DNA of 64,000 bases, taken from positions 2,418,001 to 2,482,000 of the forward strand of contig OZ024746.1 in assembly GCA_964016885.1 (NCBI GenBank). The letters run 5' to 3'. The translations under genes were made by a program, and so were the position numbers. Under the pieces are notes generated by a model that saw only the letters and a program-made list of their open reading frames with translations, did not search any database and was not told the DNA's origin. The stretch is from Eledone cirrhosa (lineage: Eukaryota). Shown here piece by piece: positions 1 to 13,099 of the stretch (position 1 is its first letter; each line of letters opens with the position of its first letter).

Positions 1-131
1 ACTGTCAATATTTTCTTTAAGAATAATGTAGTTGTCAATAAAATTGTCCTTGATCAACGGAGATCGTACAAAATAAGATGTGAAATAAGAACAGTAAATT
101 GTATGCAGTGAATAATGCAACAGCAACCTAC

Positions 132-251
132 CAACACATTGACTGTCATTAATGAGATTATAACCTGGTTGACAGGAACATTTGTAGTTTCCTATTGTAT
201 TCTTACAGACCTGTTGGCAGCCTCCATTGTCTGATAAACATTCATTAATAT
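132..251 (-). CDS. cbEGF exon A (internal exon of multi-EGF extracellular protein)
   Basis: tgcag|120 bp|gtagg; encodes (D)[39 protein letters not shown]; 6 Cys with cbEGF consensus; phase 1-1. Confidence 0.92.
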
Positions 252-539
252 CTGCAATAACAAACAGGAAAAATTGTTACACCTAAGAAATAGATTTCAT
301 AGTTGAATGGTAAGAAAATATAAAGTGATGGATGCTTTTCAAATATATTGAAGCATTAAGGTTACATTCAGAACCAGCATATTAAGGTTTCAGAATAAAT
401 AATTCAATACTTAATTTGTTATTAATTGATATTCAATCTAAACTCTAACATAGATAATATAAAAGGAAATGTCATTTTGCAATTTTTTATCTACTGCATT
501 ATCTGAAATGACAGAATTGCTTCACTTTCTGTGCCAATA

Positions 540-800
540 TCACTGTTGTCATCATCACCACCATCACCACTTCTACCACCACCATCACCGCTGCTACCAC
601 CACCACCACCACACCCTCCCTCAATCATCATTTCATCACTACTGTAATTACCACCACCATTACCACCACCACCACCACCATTACCACCACCACCACCACC
701 ACCACCACCGCCATTACCACCACCACCACCGCCATTACCACCACCACCACCACCACCACCACCACCACCACCACCACCACCACCACCATCACTGCTGTTA
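540..800. repeat. (CAC/CAT)n trinucleotide tract
   Basis: Imperfect CAC run; source of the poly-His and poly-Gly ORFs. Confidence 0.9.
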
Positions 801-1588
801 CTACTGTTATTGTATATCAGAGTAAAGCCTTCTCTCCTCTCAACCCTTGGCAATCTGTCACTTAAACTGTATTGAATACATTAAAGATGGTTGCATGTTT
901 GACCACTTAATCTCAAAACTGGTCATATTTGTCATTCTGGCTGTATTAGATAGAAACTTACCAAATCTTACTACATTCACTCTACTTCAATATCCATTTA
1001 TACAAGAGATAATCACTTTATAACTATATAACTAGTTAATTATGCACTTAACCATTTCATTACCATATTTTTAATGGAAGACTCTGCATATAGTTTTCAA
1101 ATATTTTTCATATAATCAAGAATTTGAAGGGATTTAGTGATAATAATTAATGTTCTCATTATTGAGTTGGTGTTACACAGTTCTTTCATAAAATTATGAT
1201 GGAAAGTTTTAGATAAATATAAATGCTTTAAAACAAGATTTGTATGTTAGAACCAAGAGTAGTTTCAGGCAGTTTGGTATCAAAAAGGTTTATATAGTGA
1301 GCAAAAATATGATTATCGAATGGAATAGCTTGTGGTATTTCCTCCAATTGTTTGTGCTCTGAGTTTAAACCTTACCATGGCCTACTTGGATGGTAGACTT
1401 AATCCATTGCCTGGTTTAACATCAGCACCATGCAGTTGAATGACTTTAACAAAATCAACATGTATTTGGGGCAGGTCTCCGGTTTGGGGAGTATGGAAGC
1501 TCTAAAAAATCTTATGGTCACTGCTCTTTTCTGCTGACTAAGAACTTCTTTAATTTGACTGACCCTACCAGCACACAGCATTAAGCTG

Positions 1589-1788
1589 NNNNNNNNNNNN
1601 NNNNNNNNNNNNNNNNNNNNNNNNNNNNNNNNNNNNNNNNNNNNNNNNNNNNNNNNNNNNNNNNNNNNNNNNNNNNNNNNNNNNNNNNNNNNNNNNNNNN
1701 NNNNNNNNNNNNNNNNNNNNNNNNNNNNNNNNNNNNNNNNNNNNNNNNNNNNNNNNNNNNNNNNNNNNNNNNNNNNNNNNNNNNNNNN
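1589..1788. other. Assembly gap (200 N)
   Basis: Run of n. Confidence 0.99.
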
Positions 1789-2097
1789 AAAGACAGGACA
1801 GACACATACACTCCTGCTAACCACAGACATTTGTCTAGTAAGTGGCAAATTAGCAGAGTCATTAAAGAATTGGTATTTGTTCTGGTTCTGTGTAATTTGA
1901 GTTCAAATCTTGCCAAGGTCAACTTTGCCTTTTATCTTTTCAGGGATTGGTAAATATAGTATCTGTGAAGGGGTTGTGGATTGGCAGATAAAGCTTTGGA
2001 ATGGTTCCTTATGGTATCTCATTTAGCTCTGTGCAGTCTGAGTTCCAATTCTGCTTCTGTCAGGAGTTGCAACCAACAGATATTATTAGAGATGAAA

Positions 2098-2786
2098 GGG
2101 CGGTGGATTGGCAGTATTGGTAGAGGGTCAGACACCATGTTAGGGTGGTGGATTGGCAGTATTGGTAGAGGGTCAGACACCATGTTAGGGTGGTGGATTG
2201 GCAGTATTGGTAGAGGGTCAGACACCATGTTAGGGTGGTGGATTGGCAGTATTGGTAGAGGGTCAGACACCATGTTAGGGTGGTGGATTGGCAGTATTGG
2301 TAGAGGGTCAGACACCATGTTAGGGTGGTGGATTGGCAGTATTGGTAGAGGGTCAGACACCATGTTAGGGTGGTGGATTGGCAGTATTGGTAGAGGGTCA
2401 GACACCATGTTAGGGTGGTGGATTGGCAGTATTGGTAGAGGGTCAGACACCATGTTAGGGTGGTGGATTGGCAGTATTGGTAGAGGGTCAGACACCATGT
2501 TAGGGTGGTGGATTGGCAGTATTGGTAGAGGGTCAGACACCATGTTAGGGTGGTGGATTGGCAGTATTGGTAGAGGGTCAGACACTATGTTAGGGTGGTG
2601 GATTGGTAGTATTGGTAGAGGGTCAGACACCATGCTTTGCAGCAAAGAGTTACGGCCCTTTATGATCTGAGTTCAAATCCCGCCGAGTTTAAACTTTGCC
2701 TTTCATCCTTACGGGATCGATAAGATAAAGTACCAGTAATGTACTGGGATAATTGCTGGCCTTGTGCCAAAAGTAGAAACAATTAT
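2098..2786 (+). mobile_element. tRNA-derived SINE with 12x tandem 45-bp 5' head
   Basis: A-box-like tggcagtattgg, B-box gagttcaaatccc, core gcctttcatcc..tcgataa, tail agaaacaattatt; TSD-like attattagagatg on both sides. Confidence 0.88.
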
Positions 2787-3242
2787 TAGAGATGGAAAGA
2801 TCAAAGGGAACATTGTTTTCTTGGTTTGATCTGATTATCACCTTTTCTTTCTTGTCTTTCTCTCAATATATATATATATATATGTATATATATGTGTGTG
2901 TGTATGTTTCTTTTTTATTCTTTCTTTCCTTCTACCTCTAACTTTCAAAGAAAGAACTCATAGCAAATTGAAAAAAAAAAAAGAAAAAAAAAGAAAAAGA
3001 AAAGAAATGAAAGGTAAACCTGAACAAAAGACATCTTTTGCTTATTTTATTGCCTTTGACCTCTCTCACCATTTTTCTCTCTTTCCTTCAAACAAAGAAG
3101 ATAAACTTAGAAATGAACTCTAACAGTTTATCATTTTGTGTCAAGGAGATGAAATGACATAGAAACAATATTATTTACCAATATGGACTAAAGAAATTGA
3201 TTTTATCAAATTTTATTAAAATATATCAGAGATTAAAAAATA

Positions 3243-3553
3243 TAATTGTTTCTACCTTTGGCACAAGGCCAGCAATTACCCAGTACATTACTGGTACTTT
3301 ATTTTATCGACCCCGTAAGGATGAAAGGCAAAGTTGACCTCGGTGGGATTTGAACTCAGAATGGAAAGGGCCGTAACTCTATGCGTCAAAGCATGGCGTC
3401 CGACCCTCTACCGATACTGCCAATCCACCGCCCAGAGATTAAAAAATATAATTGTTTCTACCTTTGGCACAAGGCCAGCAATTACCCAGTACATTACTGG
3501 TACTTTATTTTATCGACCCCCTAAGGATGAAAGGCAAAGTTAACCTCGGCGGG
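3243..3553 (-). mobile_element. SINE (same family) plus partial tandem duplicate of its 3' half
   Basis: Full copy 3243-3432; flank cagagattaaaaaatata and SINE 3' part repeated ~206 bp later. Confidence 0.85.
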
Positions 3554-4174
3554 GCCTTCAATTAAGAAAAATAGAGAAGAATAAGAAAGGAAAGGGAAAT
3601 TGTTGCATTTTTAAAGAGGAGTTTAGAGGCCAAAAAGTTGGGGAGGGGTCATACTTGACAGAAAATTAACCACCAGGTATGTATGTATGTGTGTGTATGT
3701 GCGTATGTATGTATGTATGTATGCGTGTGTGTGTGTGTGCGTGTGTGTGTGTGCGCGTGTATATATGTATGCTTGTGTATCTATGTATGCGTGTGTGTGT
3801 GTGTATGTGTGTGTATGTGTATGTTTGTATGTGTATGTGTGCGCGTGTGTGTGTGTATGTGTACGTGTTTTTGAGCGTATATGTCGCAGGAATGCTACCG
3901 CTTAAAATAAAAGTTCACTGGAGATAGATTAGCAAAATTTAATAAGAGGAATAATAGGTTGGAATAAGAGTGGGGTGGGGGTAAGTTGGAATAATGGTGG
4001 CGGAGGGGGGGTGGAATGAGAGGGTGTGGGGGTGGGAATCTGAAAAATTAATACTGAATCTATCTTTATCTCTCTTCAGTTTCTTAAAGAGTTGCTAACA
4101 ATTGCTTATAGGTTTTTGAAGTTTTTCTCCAAATAAGAGGGAAATTTATATTAATTAAAATTACTTTTTCCTAC

Positions 4175-4294
4175 CTGAACAGTTTTTTTTGTTGATAAGT
4201 TGGTAACCAGGGTTACAAGAACATTTGAAGCCACCATCAAAGTTGGTACATTTATGTTGACAACCAGCATTCTTTATTGAACATTCATTGTTGT
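4175..4294 (-). CDS. cbEGF exon B
   Basis: ttcag|120 bp|gtagg; (D)NNECSIKNAGCQHKCTNFDGGFKCSCNPGYQLINKKNCS. Confidence 0.92.
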
Positions 4295-4503
4295 CTGAAG
4301 AAGATAACCAAGATTTACATATTGGTTGTGACAACTTAAGAAACCAATGTTGCGAATACACACACAGATGGTTCTATATTTACATTTGTCTATATTGAAT
4401 ATATTTGGTGCCTTAAAAAGACATCAATAAATAGGATTTGTATATTGATTAGTGGTAATTTAAGGAAAGAATTACAGTAAGAATTACAATATAGATTGTT
4501 CTA

Positions 4504-4534
<31 letters not shown>

Positions 4535-4881
4535 CATCATCATCCATCATTTCATTTTACGTCCACTTTTCCCTGCTTGCAAGGATGGGACGGGAACTGA
4601 TTCTGGCTGGATTTCTACAGCTGGATGCCCTTCCTAACACCAACCTCATTTTACAGTGAGTGCTGGGTGCTTTTTTTGCTGTGGCACCTCCACGACCACT
4701 TTACAGTGGAATGATATGGACCCCAGTCCCTATCATCTCATTTCTACAGCTGAGTAATCTGGAGCGATGTGAAATAAAGTGTCTTGCTCAAGGAAACAAC
4801 ACATCACCCGGTCTGAGAATTGAACTCACAACCTTTCGATTGCAAGGCCATTGCTCTAACCACTAAGCCATGTGCCTCCAC
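4535..4881 (-). mobile_element. tRNA-derived SINE family 2 (CORE-like centre, RTE-like 3' tail)
   Basis: Minus strand: tggcttagtggttagagc...gagttcaattctc head, ccttgagcaagacacttta core, then ggttggtgttaggaagggcatccagctgtagaaa and (gat)n tail shared with the RTE 3'UTR. Confidence 0.8.
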
Positions 4882-4916
4882 ATATATATATATATATGTA
4901 TATATATGTATATGAA

Positions 4917-5399
4917 GACAGAGGCCAGCGGTTAACAGAGGCCAGCGCTTGACAGAGGCCAGCGGTTGACAGAGGCCAGCGGTTAACAGAGGCCAGCAGT
5001 TAACAGAGGCCAGCGCTTGACAGAGGCCAGCGGTTGACAGAGGCCAGCGGTTGACAGAGGCCAGCGCTTGACAGAGGCCAGCGGTTGACAGAGGCCAGCG
5101 GTTGACAGAGGCCAGCGCTTGACAGAGGCCAGCGGTTGACAGAGGCCAGCGCTTGACAGAGGCCAGCGCTTGACAGAGGCCAGTGGTTGACAGAGGCCAG
5201 CGCTTGACAGAGGCCAGTGGTTGACAGAGGCCAGTGGTTGACAGAGGTCAGTGGTTGACAGAGGCCAGTGGTTGACAGAGGCCAGTGGTTGACAGAGGCC
5301 AGTGGTTGACAGAGGCCAGTGGTTGACAGAGGCCAGTGGTTGACAGAGGCCAGTGGTTGACAGAGGCCAGTGGTTGACAGAGGCCAGTGGTTGACAGAG
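4917..5399. repeat. 17-bp minisatellite, ~28 copies (gacagaggccagYgStt)
   Basis: Direct periodicity. Confidence 0.95.
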
Positions 5400-5759
5400 A
5401 GACAATCTACAAGGTGGGTAATAGACAGATGAAATATAGAAAAAATTGAAAGAGTTTTCGATATAAACATTTAAAAATAGTAGCTTTGTATCATAGAAGT
5501 AAAAGGGTTAACTGACATGTAGTTTGATATTTTCTATTGATCGAGTGAGTCTTAGGGGCACTGGCCACTAGCTGAAGATCACACAGAGTTATCTAATCAC
5601 AGTCAGCTTTCAGTATTGATTCTCATTTGAAAACAGGTAGGACTGATTAAGAGCCCATAGATGGATACAGCATATCATGAAAAAAATTAGTTTACTGACT
5701 GTCTCAATCTTCTGAGAATAGATGAAAGGAAGCTGAGGAATAATTAAAATATACTTTAC

Positions 5760-5879
5760 CAATACAGTGTTTAGCATCAGTCTTTATGTATCCTGAGTTG
5801 CATGTACATGTGTAACTTCCAATGGAGTTTATACAGATCTGCTGACAGCCACCATTTCCAATTGAACACTCATCAATAT
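5760..5879 (-). CDS. cbEGF exon C
   Basis: tacag|120 bp|gtaaa; (D)[39 protein letters not shown]. Confidence 0.92.
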
Positions 5880-5989
5880 CTGTAATGAGTAATATTTTAT
5901 TATTATTTATAAGGAAGAGGTAGACCAAGAAAGACCTGGGCAGAGGTGGTGAGAGCTGACCTCAAATTGCTGAGACTCACAGAGGAGAT

Positions 5990-6180
5990 AATAATTGTTT
6001 CTACTTTTGGCACAAGGCCAGCAATTACCCAGTGTATTACTGGTACTTTATTTTATCGACCCCATAAGGATGAAAGGCAAAGTTAACCTTGGCGGGATTT
6101 GAACTCAGAATGGCAAGAGCCATAACTCTATGCATCAAAGCATGGCGTCCGACCCTCTACCGATACTGCCAATCCACCTC
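5990..6180 (-). mobile_element. SINE family 1 copy
   Basis: Matches the 2.6 kb SINE body; TSD ctcacagaggagataataa on both sides. Confidence 0.88.
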
Positions 6181-6204
6181 CCTCACAGAGGAGATAATAA
6201 TGAA

Positions 6205-6406
6205 TGATAATAATGAAATTATTGTGTACAGTGCTCAGGTGCACTACAACTCATCAAAGGTGCATGTATAGTACATAGAATAATGTACAAATGTCAGGAA
6301 AATGAACAGTGTACGAATCATGAAATACATGTGTGCGTGTGTATGGAGGGGGGACATCAGGTATCGTGTTGGTGAATCTCAAGAAGCATGGAGGTTTTAA
6401 AGGATG
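6205..6406 (-). mobile_element. CR1-like LINE 3' end fragment
   Basis: Same sequence as 27270-27470 and 12803-13065; (att)n tail. Confidence 0.65.
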
Positions 6407-7979
6407 TGACGAAGAAATGTGGCAAGTGGAGAGATACTGTGCTGATACAAGCATGGAAAAATAGATGTAAAAATGATGATGATGATGATGATGATGAAGG
6501 CTAAATCTTCATCAGCCTCTCTATACTCCACTGAAATACTCCACTGAAAGAGGAAGGCAAGGGTGAATAGAGGGGTGTTTTACTCCAGTAAATAAAAAAA
6601 AAAGTGGGTAAGAATGATGAGTAAGGCCCAGGAGAGAATACCTTTCCTTTGTAATAAGAACAGTCCTGGATCTATGATATTTTTTGATTGGCCTTTGCTA
6701 GATATTGAACTGTTTTATCCAAACTGTTGTTGTCCATTCCTATTTGTTTCATCACTTTGATGTAACCCCATATATTTGTAATTGGTCTTTGTGGTGTCCC
6801 ATTATGTCCTTGGGATGAATAAATTATTCACATACACTAGACGCAGTAGAGGTAGACCACGAAAAACATGGTGGAGATGACGAAGGGCCGTGACAAGTGG
6901 AGAGATGCTGTGCCGAATAGGACCCGTCCCACCCTTGCAAGCAGGGAAAAGCAGATGTATGATGATGATGATAGGGCAGTTGATTGGATGTGTCATTAGA
7001 GCATTGGACAAATGCTATGTGACATACAGTTATGGTAAAATCCTGCTGACGTCATCTTTACCTTTCATCCTTCTGGAGCCACTAAAATAAAGTACTAGTT
7101 AAATACTGGGGTTGATATAATCCATTGCTGGCCTTCTATCAATATTAGAAAGAATTATTTATATGCACTCACTGACAAATCACTGAAAACTGGGTTAATA
7201 CATGACAACAATGCCTGGAAGACCTGTCAAACCTTTTAATAAAAACTTGTACCTTGGAAACAGTTTTTCTTTTAATGCTTGAAGAATATGAAAAAAAATT
7301 TCAAAGTGAGAGGTGTGAACTACTTCAAGCCTTCAATGACTAATTCACTTTCATAGAAGTAACTTTAATGCAATTTGTCTTAATCTTGGAACATATCTTA
7401 TAATGTCCCCTACACTCTCAGTCATCATCCTCACATTTATATATAAAGAAACTTACATAATTTGAGCAAGACTAGAAATAAAACAGCTAATAAGAAGTCA
7501 GAAAGAATGTATTGCAGTATTTGTTTTAAGTTTAACTCTTGTCAAGGTTGACTGAGTCTTTCAAACATTTAGGGTTGATAAATAAAGTACGATTCCAGAG
7601 TTGTGGATTGATGCAATTGTTAGAGGATTAGATAAGATGACTTGTGGTATTTGTCGCAGCTCTTTGTGTTTTGAGTTCTGCCTCCTATAACTAGCATCCT
7701 CATAGTAGAAATGGTATCGTCAAGATCTGAGTAAAGGTGATAGATTTCTAATGTAATTTTAGAATATCCAACTAAAAACAAAATTCAAATATATTTGTTC
7801 TCTTCTTTCACAGTAAACCTGCTAAACCTCAAGTACGAGCTTATCAGTGAAATAAAACTCTCTGAAATTATATTGCATGTCTTATTTCGACTGAAGTTTA
7901 ATCATTAACCATTCGCAATTCTTTAGCTAACAAAGTAATATTTTTTACATAAAGGAAAAATGGATGCTAAACGGAGATT

Positions 7980-8320
7980 TTGATGGCGATGATGATGATG
8001 ATGATGGTGGTGGTGATGGTGATGGTGATGGTGGTGGTGATGGTGATGGTGGTGGTGATGATGATGGTGGTGGTGATGGTGGTGATGATGGTGATGATGA
8101 TGGTGATGGTGGTGATGATGATGATGGTGGTGGTGGTGATGGTGATGGTGGTGATGATGGTGATGGTGGTGATGATGATGATGGTGATGGTGGTGATGGT
8201 GATGGTGGTGATGATGATGGTGATGGTGGTGATGATGATGGTGATGGTGGTGATGATGATGGTGATGGTGATGATGATGATGGTGATAATAACGAAGATG
8301 AGGATGGTGATGCTGATGAT
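7980..8320. repeat. (GAT/GGT)n tract
   Basis: Trinucleotide run. Confidence 0.9.
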
Positions 8321-8745
8321 AATCACAAAATTTCCTGCTGCTTTATATGCCAAATGATTTTGAATTAATTTTTTAAATAATTAAAATTTAGAAGGATTTT
8401 ATAAAATAACTGTCATTATCAAGTTGGTTTTTACACAAATTTATAATTGAAGGTTTAAATTTAAATATGAACACTTTAAAACGAACAGTCTTTCATCATA
8501 GGACCTAAGGCAGTTCCAGGTGGGTCGGTAAAAAAAGGGTTAATCTCATGTCTTTCAAGAACTGAATTATTTCCAATAACTGGATCCATGTAAATATTTC
8601 TATAATCAAGTTTCTGCTTCTAAACATTTCCATTTCATATTCCTCACTTCATTTTTTCATCAAATTATCTTTTACACTTAAAATAATTTTTTTTAATTTA
8701 TATCTACTTATTTCACTTCCTTCCTTTTATTATTAGAATCTTTAA

Positions 8746-8936
8746 GGCAGTGGATTGGCAGTATCGGTAGAGGGTCGGACACCATGCTTTGACACAGAGT
8801 TATGGCCCTTGCCATTCTGAGTTCAAATCCCGCCGAGGTTAACTTTGATTTCATCCTAACAGGGTCGATAAAATAAAGTACCAGTAATATACTGGGTATT
8901 TGCTGGCCTTGTGCCAAAAGTAGAAACAATTATTAG
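8746..8936 (+). mobile_element. SINE family 1 copy
   Basis: Full-length; TSD ttattagaatctttaag. Confidence 0.88.
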
Positions 8937-9159
8937 AATCTTTAAGTCTTTATTTTGAAATATATTTAAATCTCCTATATAAAGTTCCAGCAACTAGAAG
9001 ATTTACAACCCCAGAAATGCTGACAAATCATCTGGAAATTCTTAATATGTATAATAGACAAACATTTATTATATTTAACCCTTTAATATTTACATTACTC
9101 TATATGGTCTTACAAGTTTAAACTGGTAACACTCACTCTCTCTCTCTCTCTCTATATAG

Positions 9160-9365
9160 TCGTGTAGGTAACGCGTTAAAAAGTTCCCAGTCCACACTAT
9201 AAATGTGGTTGGTGTTAGGACGGGCATCCAGCCATAGAAAACCTGCCAGAGAGTCCTATATGAGCGAGACACGGTCACCCGACCAATCTTGCCTCAAGTG
9301 GGACAATTCCCATCTAACCCATGCTAGCATGGAAGATGGATGTTAAACGATGATGATGATGATAT
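9160..9365 (+). mobile_element. RTE 3'UTR fragment
   Basis: aaatgtggttggtgttagga...ttgcctcaagtggga...gttaaacgatgatgat. Confidence 0.7.
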
Positions 9366-10561
9366 ATATATATAATAGGAATCTACAGTCATCATTGCCC
9401 AATACACACATACGTATATATCCATACTAACATATATACACATATATGTATATATATATATACATGCATATGTATCTGCACATGCACGTGCATATATACA
9501 GACATACATATACATATATCTATCACTGTTTTACATCCATTTTTCCACATGTGCACGAGTTAGATGGGTCTTTTTCAGTACATCATCCCTCCACTCATAG
9601 TAGTTAGTGAGAATCATATATTTCTGTTCTGGACACACACACATATGTCCATATATTCTATCATAGTAAAACCAGTAAAAGAATATGTGTATACATATAC
9701 ATCTATAGATACATACACATGCAAATACATAGAGACATAAATAGATACATGCATATATACACTTACATAAATATACCAACCCACACATGTTCTAACATAC
9801 AAATACAATTGTCTCAAAATATATTAACGTAACAAAATCTAATTTTTCCTCCTCTCTCTAAATCCGAGACTTTGTGTCTGTGTACATAATATCTTCTGTT
9901 TTCCAATATTCCGCCTATCCAACATCACTGCTCAGCAGACATGATGCTGCAACACATTCATATTGAATAATGGCAATATAGACAGACTGAACAAACTCCA
10001 AATAATATTGAACTAAATTAATAAATTTAGTCCATCAACACACATTTTTTTTACAGTTGTTATCAAAACACCTTGAAATATTGACAGTTATAGCAAAGTT
10101 GTGCTTTATGTACTTCAGTTTTGCTATCATTATAAAATAAAATAAAATATTATTATAATGTCAAAAAAACACACAAAAGTTATTGTTTAAAATTGACAAA
10201 CATAGAAGCAACACAATAAGAAGATGAAAGAGATCAAAGTGTTTTAGGTTTGAACTGCTGTTGATCCTTTATATGGCTTAAATATTTCCTGCAAATGGCA
10301 CCAACAATGAAACCTCTATGTGGTAGCTTGACTTGCTAGAAATAGTTGCTAAATCTTCCTCAAACTATACCCTACCAGCTTGAAGCATGTGTAAGTAAGT
10401 CCCTTCTGGCATGGCACCCATAACCTCACATGCCTTGGAATTTTCTCTGTCTCATAGGTTCCTGGTGGGCAGGGTTGATGGACTGACATAAATCGCAGCT
10501 CCTGGTCAGAGCGATTTTCTTGGTTAGGAATAGGATCCTATCCAGTCTCAAATAGTGCATA

Positions 10562-10775
10562 TAAGGGGGTGCTGAAAAGTTCCTGGCTTGATTGCTGCAC
10601 GGAGACCTGGTTAGCGGCCCAACCTTCTGAGTTCTTTTTACAGGGCTTAGAAAAACTGAAGGGCCGCTGCAATAAGTGTGAATCTGAGAGGGGAATATGT
10701 TAAATAAAATCACAACTAACTGATTCTCCTGTATTTTCCTTTACCCAAAGCCAGGAACTTTTCAGCAGCCCTTCA
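10562..10775 (+). mobile_element. Internally deleted mariner element (MITE)
   Basis: TIRs gctgaaaagttcctggctt / aagccaggaacttttcagc, TA flanks; internal remnant FFLQGLEKLKGRCNKC..RGEYV* resembles mariner transposase C-terminus. Confidence 0.8.
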
Positions 10776-11377
10776 TACTTTGATTGCTTTAATAGGTTTT
10801 GGCCAGTATTGGCCTAGGCCATGTCTAATTTAATGGCATTACCTGGCCATACTATACATTTTTCTTAGCTCTTGGTCACATAGCTGACACCTTGATGCTA
10901 CCATTTGCTCCAAATTCTTGGAACTTCCAACCAGGTCTTCTTCACTGTGTCTATGTATGTGTGTAATTAATGTAAATAAACAAATGAGTCCAGAAAAGGG
11001 GAAATAGCCATTGAAAAGAATCTTTAATTGAATATATAAAGTATTGAGGCTCATATTAGAAGATGGAGATTTAATAAAGAAATGGAAATATTACAAAATA
11101 TTATTGTATTACATATAAATCAATAGTATATTAGTTTGTTTTGTTAGAATTGTACTTGGTAACACTTAAAGTAATTACTTATAATAAATAGCACCAATAT
11201 TTCTGTTTTTAGTATTTTGTTTTGAATTGAAAATCTCTTTCTTTACTACAATAATTTCTTCTAAATATTATCTCTAACCTCATATCTCTTCACTAACAAT
11301 CATCACCTTTAAATTTACATGGGATTTGAATCACTTAACTTGTAGCTAACAATTATGTAAGTTATCAATGTGATAGG

Positions 11378-11650
11378 GGCATGTGACCAGGTGGTAAGGG
11401 TGTTGGACTTATGATCATAATGTTGTGGGTTTAATTCCTGGGCTGGTTTGTGAGTTGTGTTCTTGAGCAAAACACTTCATTTCACATTGCTCCAGTATAC
11501 TCAGCTGGAAATAAGTACCAGCAACAGATAGGGGTTTAACCCTGTGATGGACTGGCATCCTGTCCAGGGAGAGTGTTGTACTCTTAGTTGCTTCATGCCA
11601 TGAAACCGAGATAAGCACTGACCTAATGAACCTTCTGGCTTGAGACAGAC
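11378..11650 (+). mobile_element. Older tRNA/CORE-like SINE
   Basis: tRNA-like head, tcttgagcaaaacacttcatttcac core, ccctgtgatggactggcatcctgtccaggg segment. Confidence 0.6.
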
Positions 11651-12092
11651 TTTAGACTTTAGATCAATGTGAATGCCTGATTCAAAATATATTAACGTGT
11701 AACATACTAAATATATTAACGTGTAACATACTAAATTTTGTTAATAAATGGTTGTATTTTTTCCTAAAATCTCTCAATGTTTGGTATAGATTTTTTTTCT
11801 TTTTCTGTTTTCTAGCCATCTCCTTTAATATGCATAAAAATTGATCAATAGAAATTTAACAGTTTTCAACTTATCTCACATAAATACAGAACTTCATAAA
11901 TGATATAAACCAATTGTGTTGTAAGAGTTAAGAAGAGTATCTCGGTGTAAAACACTTTTAGTTAGATTTTAACTTTCGCAAATACAAATGCATGTATTCT
12001 AATACGAATATAATTTTATTCTTTCGTTTATGCTTCCAGCCATTGAACTGGTGGTTTGGTATCCAAATGGTTAAGTTGTAAAAGTGACTTAC

Positions 12093-12212
12093 CAGTACAG
12101 TTAACTTTATTGATAAGTTTATAACCAGAATTACAAGAACATTTGTAGCTTCCATCAAAGTTAAGACAGTTCTGTTGGCAGCCACCATTTCTTACTGAAC
12201 ATTCATCATTAT
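12093..12212 (-). CDS. cbEGF exon D
   Basis: ttcag|120 bp|gtaagt; (D)[39 protein letters not shown]. Confidence 0.92.
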
Positions 12213-12689
12213 CTGAAGAAAATGAAGATGAAATGCATGAGAGAAGTTATTTAGTGTTAGTTATTTACAATCAAAGGCATTCTATCCATGACCATCTCAT
12301 CTTTTGTATATTACCCAAAGGTGCCTTCCTTTTTTAAAGATGGTAGTGTGTAGTTATTTTGGGGGAAATTTGGCTGCTGTTGTCAGAAAGTCAAGCAAAG
12401 TTCTCTTGTGGTAGACTTAGTAAGATTAGTAGAATTCTAGACTAAATATATAGGAGTATTTAGTCTCATGTTGTTGTTTAACCCCAGATCAGTGCTCATT
12501 GAATAGACCGATGAATAAAAGCATTCCAGATGTGATTACATTAAGATTATTTTTACTTTTATTAACATCGTTGTTGTCGTTTTAACATCTGCTTTCCCTG
12601 TCTGGTCTGCTGTTCACCACACATGTGCTTCCTTGACCAGGTAACCCATCTCACCTTGATCTTATAGGGAATCTATGGTGTAAAGTTTA

Positions 12690-12797
12690 ATAATAATTGT
12701 TTCTACTTTTGAGCGTCCAACCCTCTACCGATACTGCCGATTCACCGCCCTAGCATGGCGTCCAACCCTTTACCGATACTGCAGATTCACCGCCCTA
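12690..12797 (-). mobile_element. Deleted SINE with duplicated 45-bp head
   Basis: Two copies of ccctYtaccgatactgcMgattcaccgccc 45 bp apart, plus SINE tail ataattgtttctac. Confidence 0.75.
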
Positions 12798-12802
12798 AAG
12801 TC

Positions 12803-13066
12803 TAATAATAATGAACATTTTTGTGTACAGTGCTCAGGTGCACTACAAATCTTCAAAGGAGTATGCATAGTACATAGAATTATGTACAAATGTCAGAAAA
12901 GTGAACAGTGTATGAGTCATGATATACACACAGATACATGCGTGTGTGTGTATAGAGGGGAATATCAGGTGTAGTGTTGGGGAATTTCAGGAAGCATGGA
13001 GGTTTCAAAGGATGCAGTGTCTCGACAGATAACAACTGATGCTGGTAGTTTGTTCCATGCTTCAGC
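12803..13066 (-). mobile_element. CR1-like LINE 3' end
   Basis: Minus strand encodes AEAWNKLPASVVICRDTASFETSM; same 3'UTR as the 27.3 kb copy. Confidence 0.7.
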
Positions 13067-13099
13067 AAAATGGCTAACTTGTAACTCAGCAATTGTGCA

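Noticed and set aside
469-853. Poly-His / poly-Gly ORFs (likewise 7964-8368, 28642-29497, 59414-60533, 63373-63955)
   Set aside because: Microsatellite translations; only the embedded 120-bp EGF exons are credible.
1981-2670. 229-aa repetitive ORF
   Set aside because: Translation of the SINE-head tandem array.
4800-4881. tRNA gene
   Set aside because: The tRNA-like segment is a SINE head and continues into SINE core and tail.
10843-10950. AG..GT-bounded 108-bp open segment on the minus strand
   Set aside because: Its open frame is phase 2, incompatible with the phase-1 EGF exons, and it has no recognisable domain.
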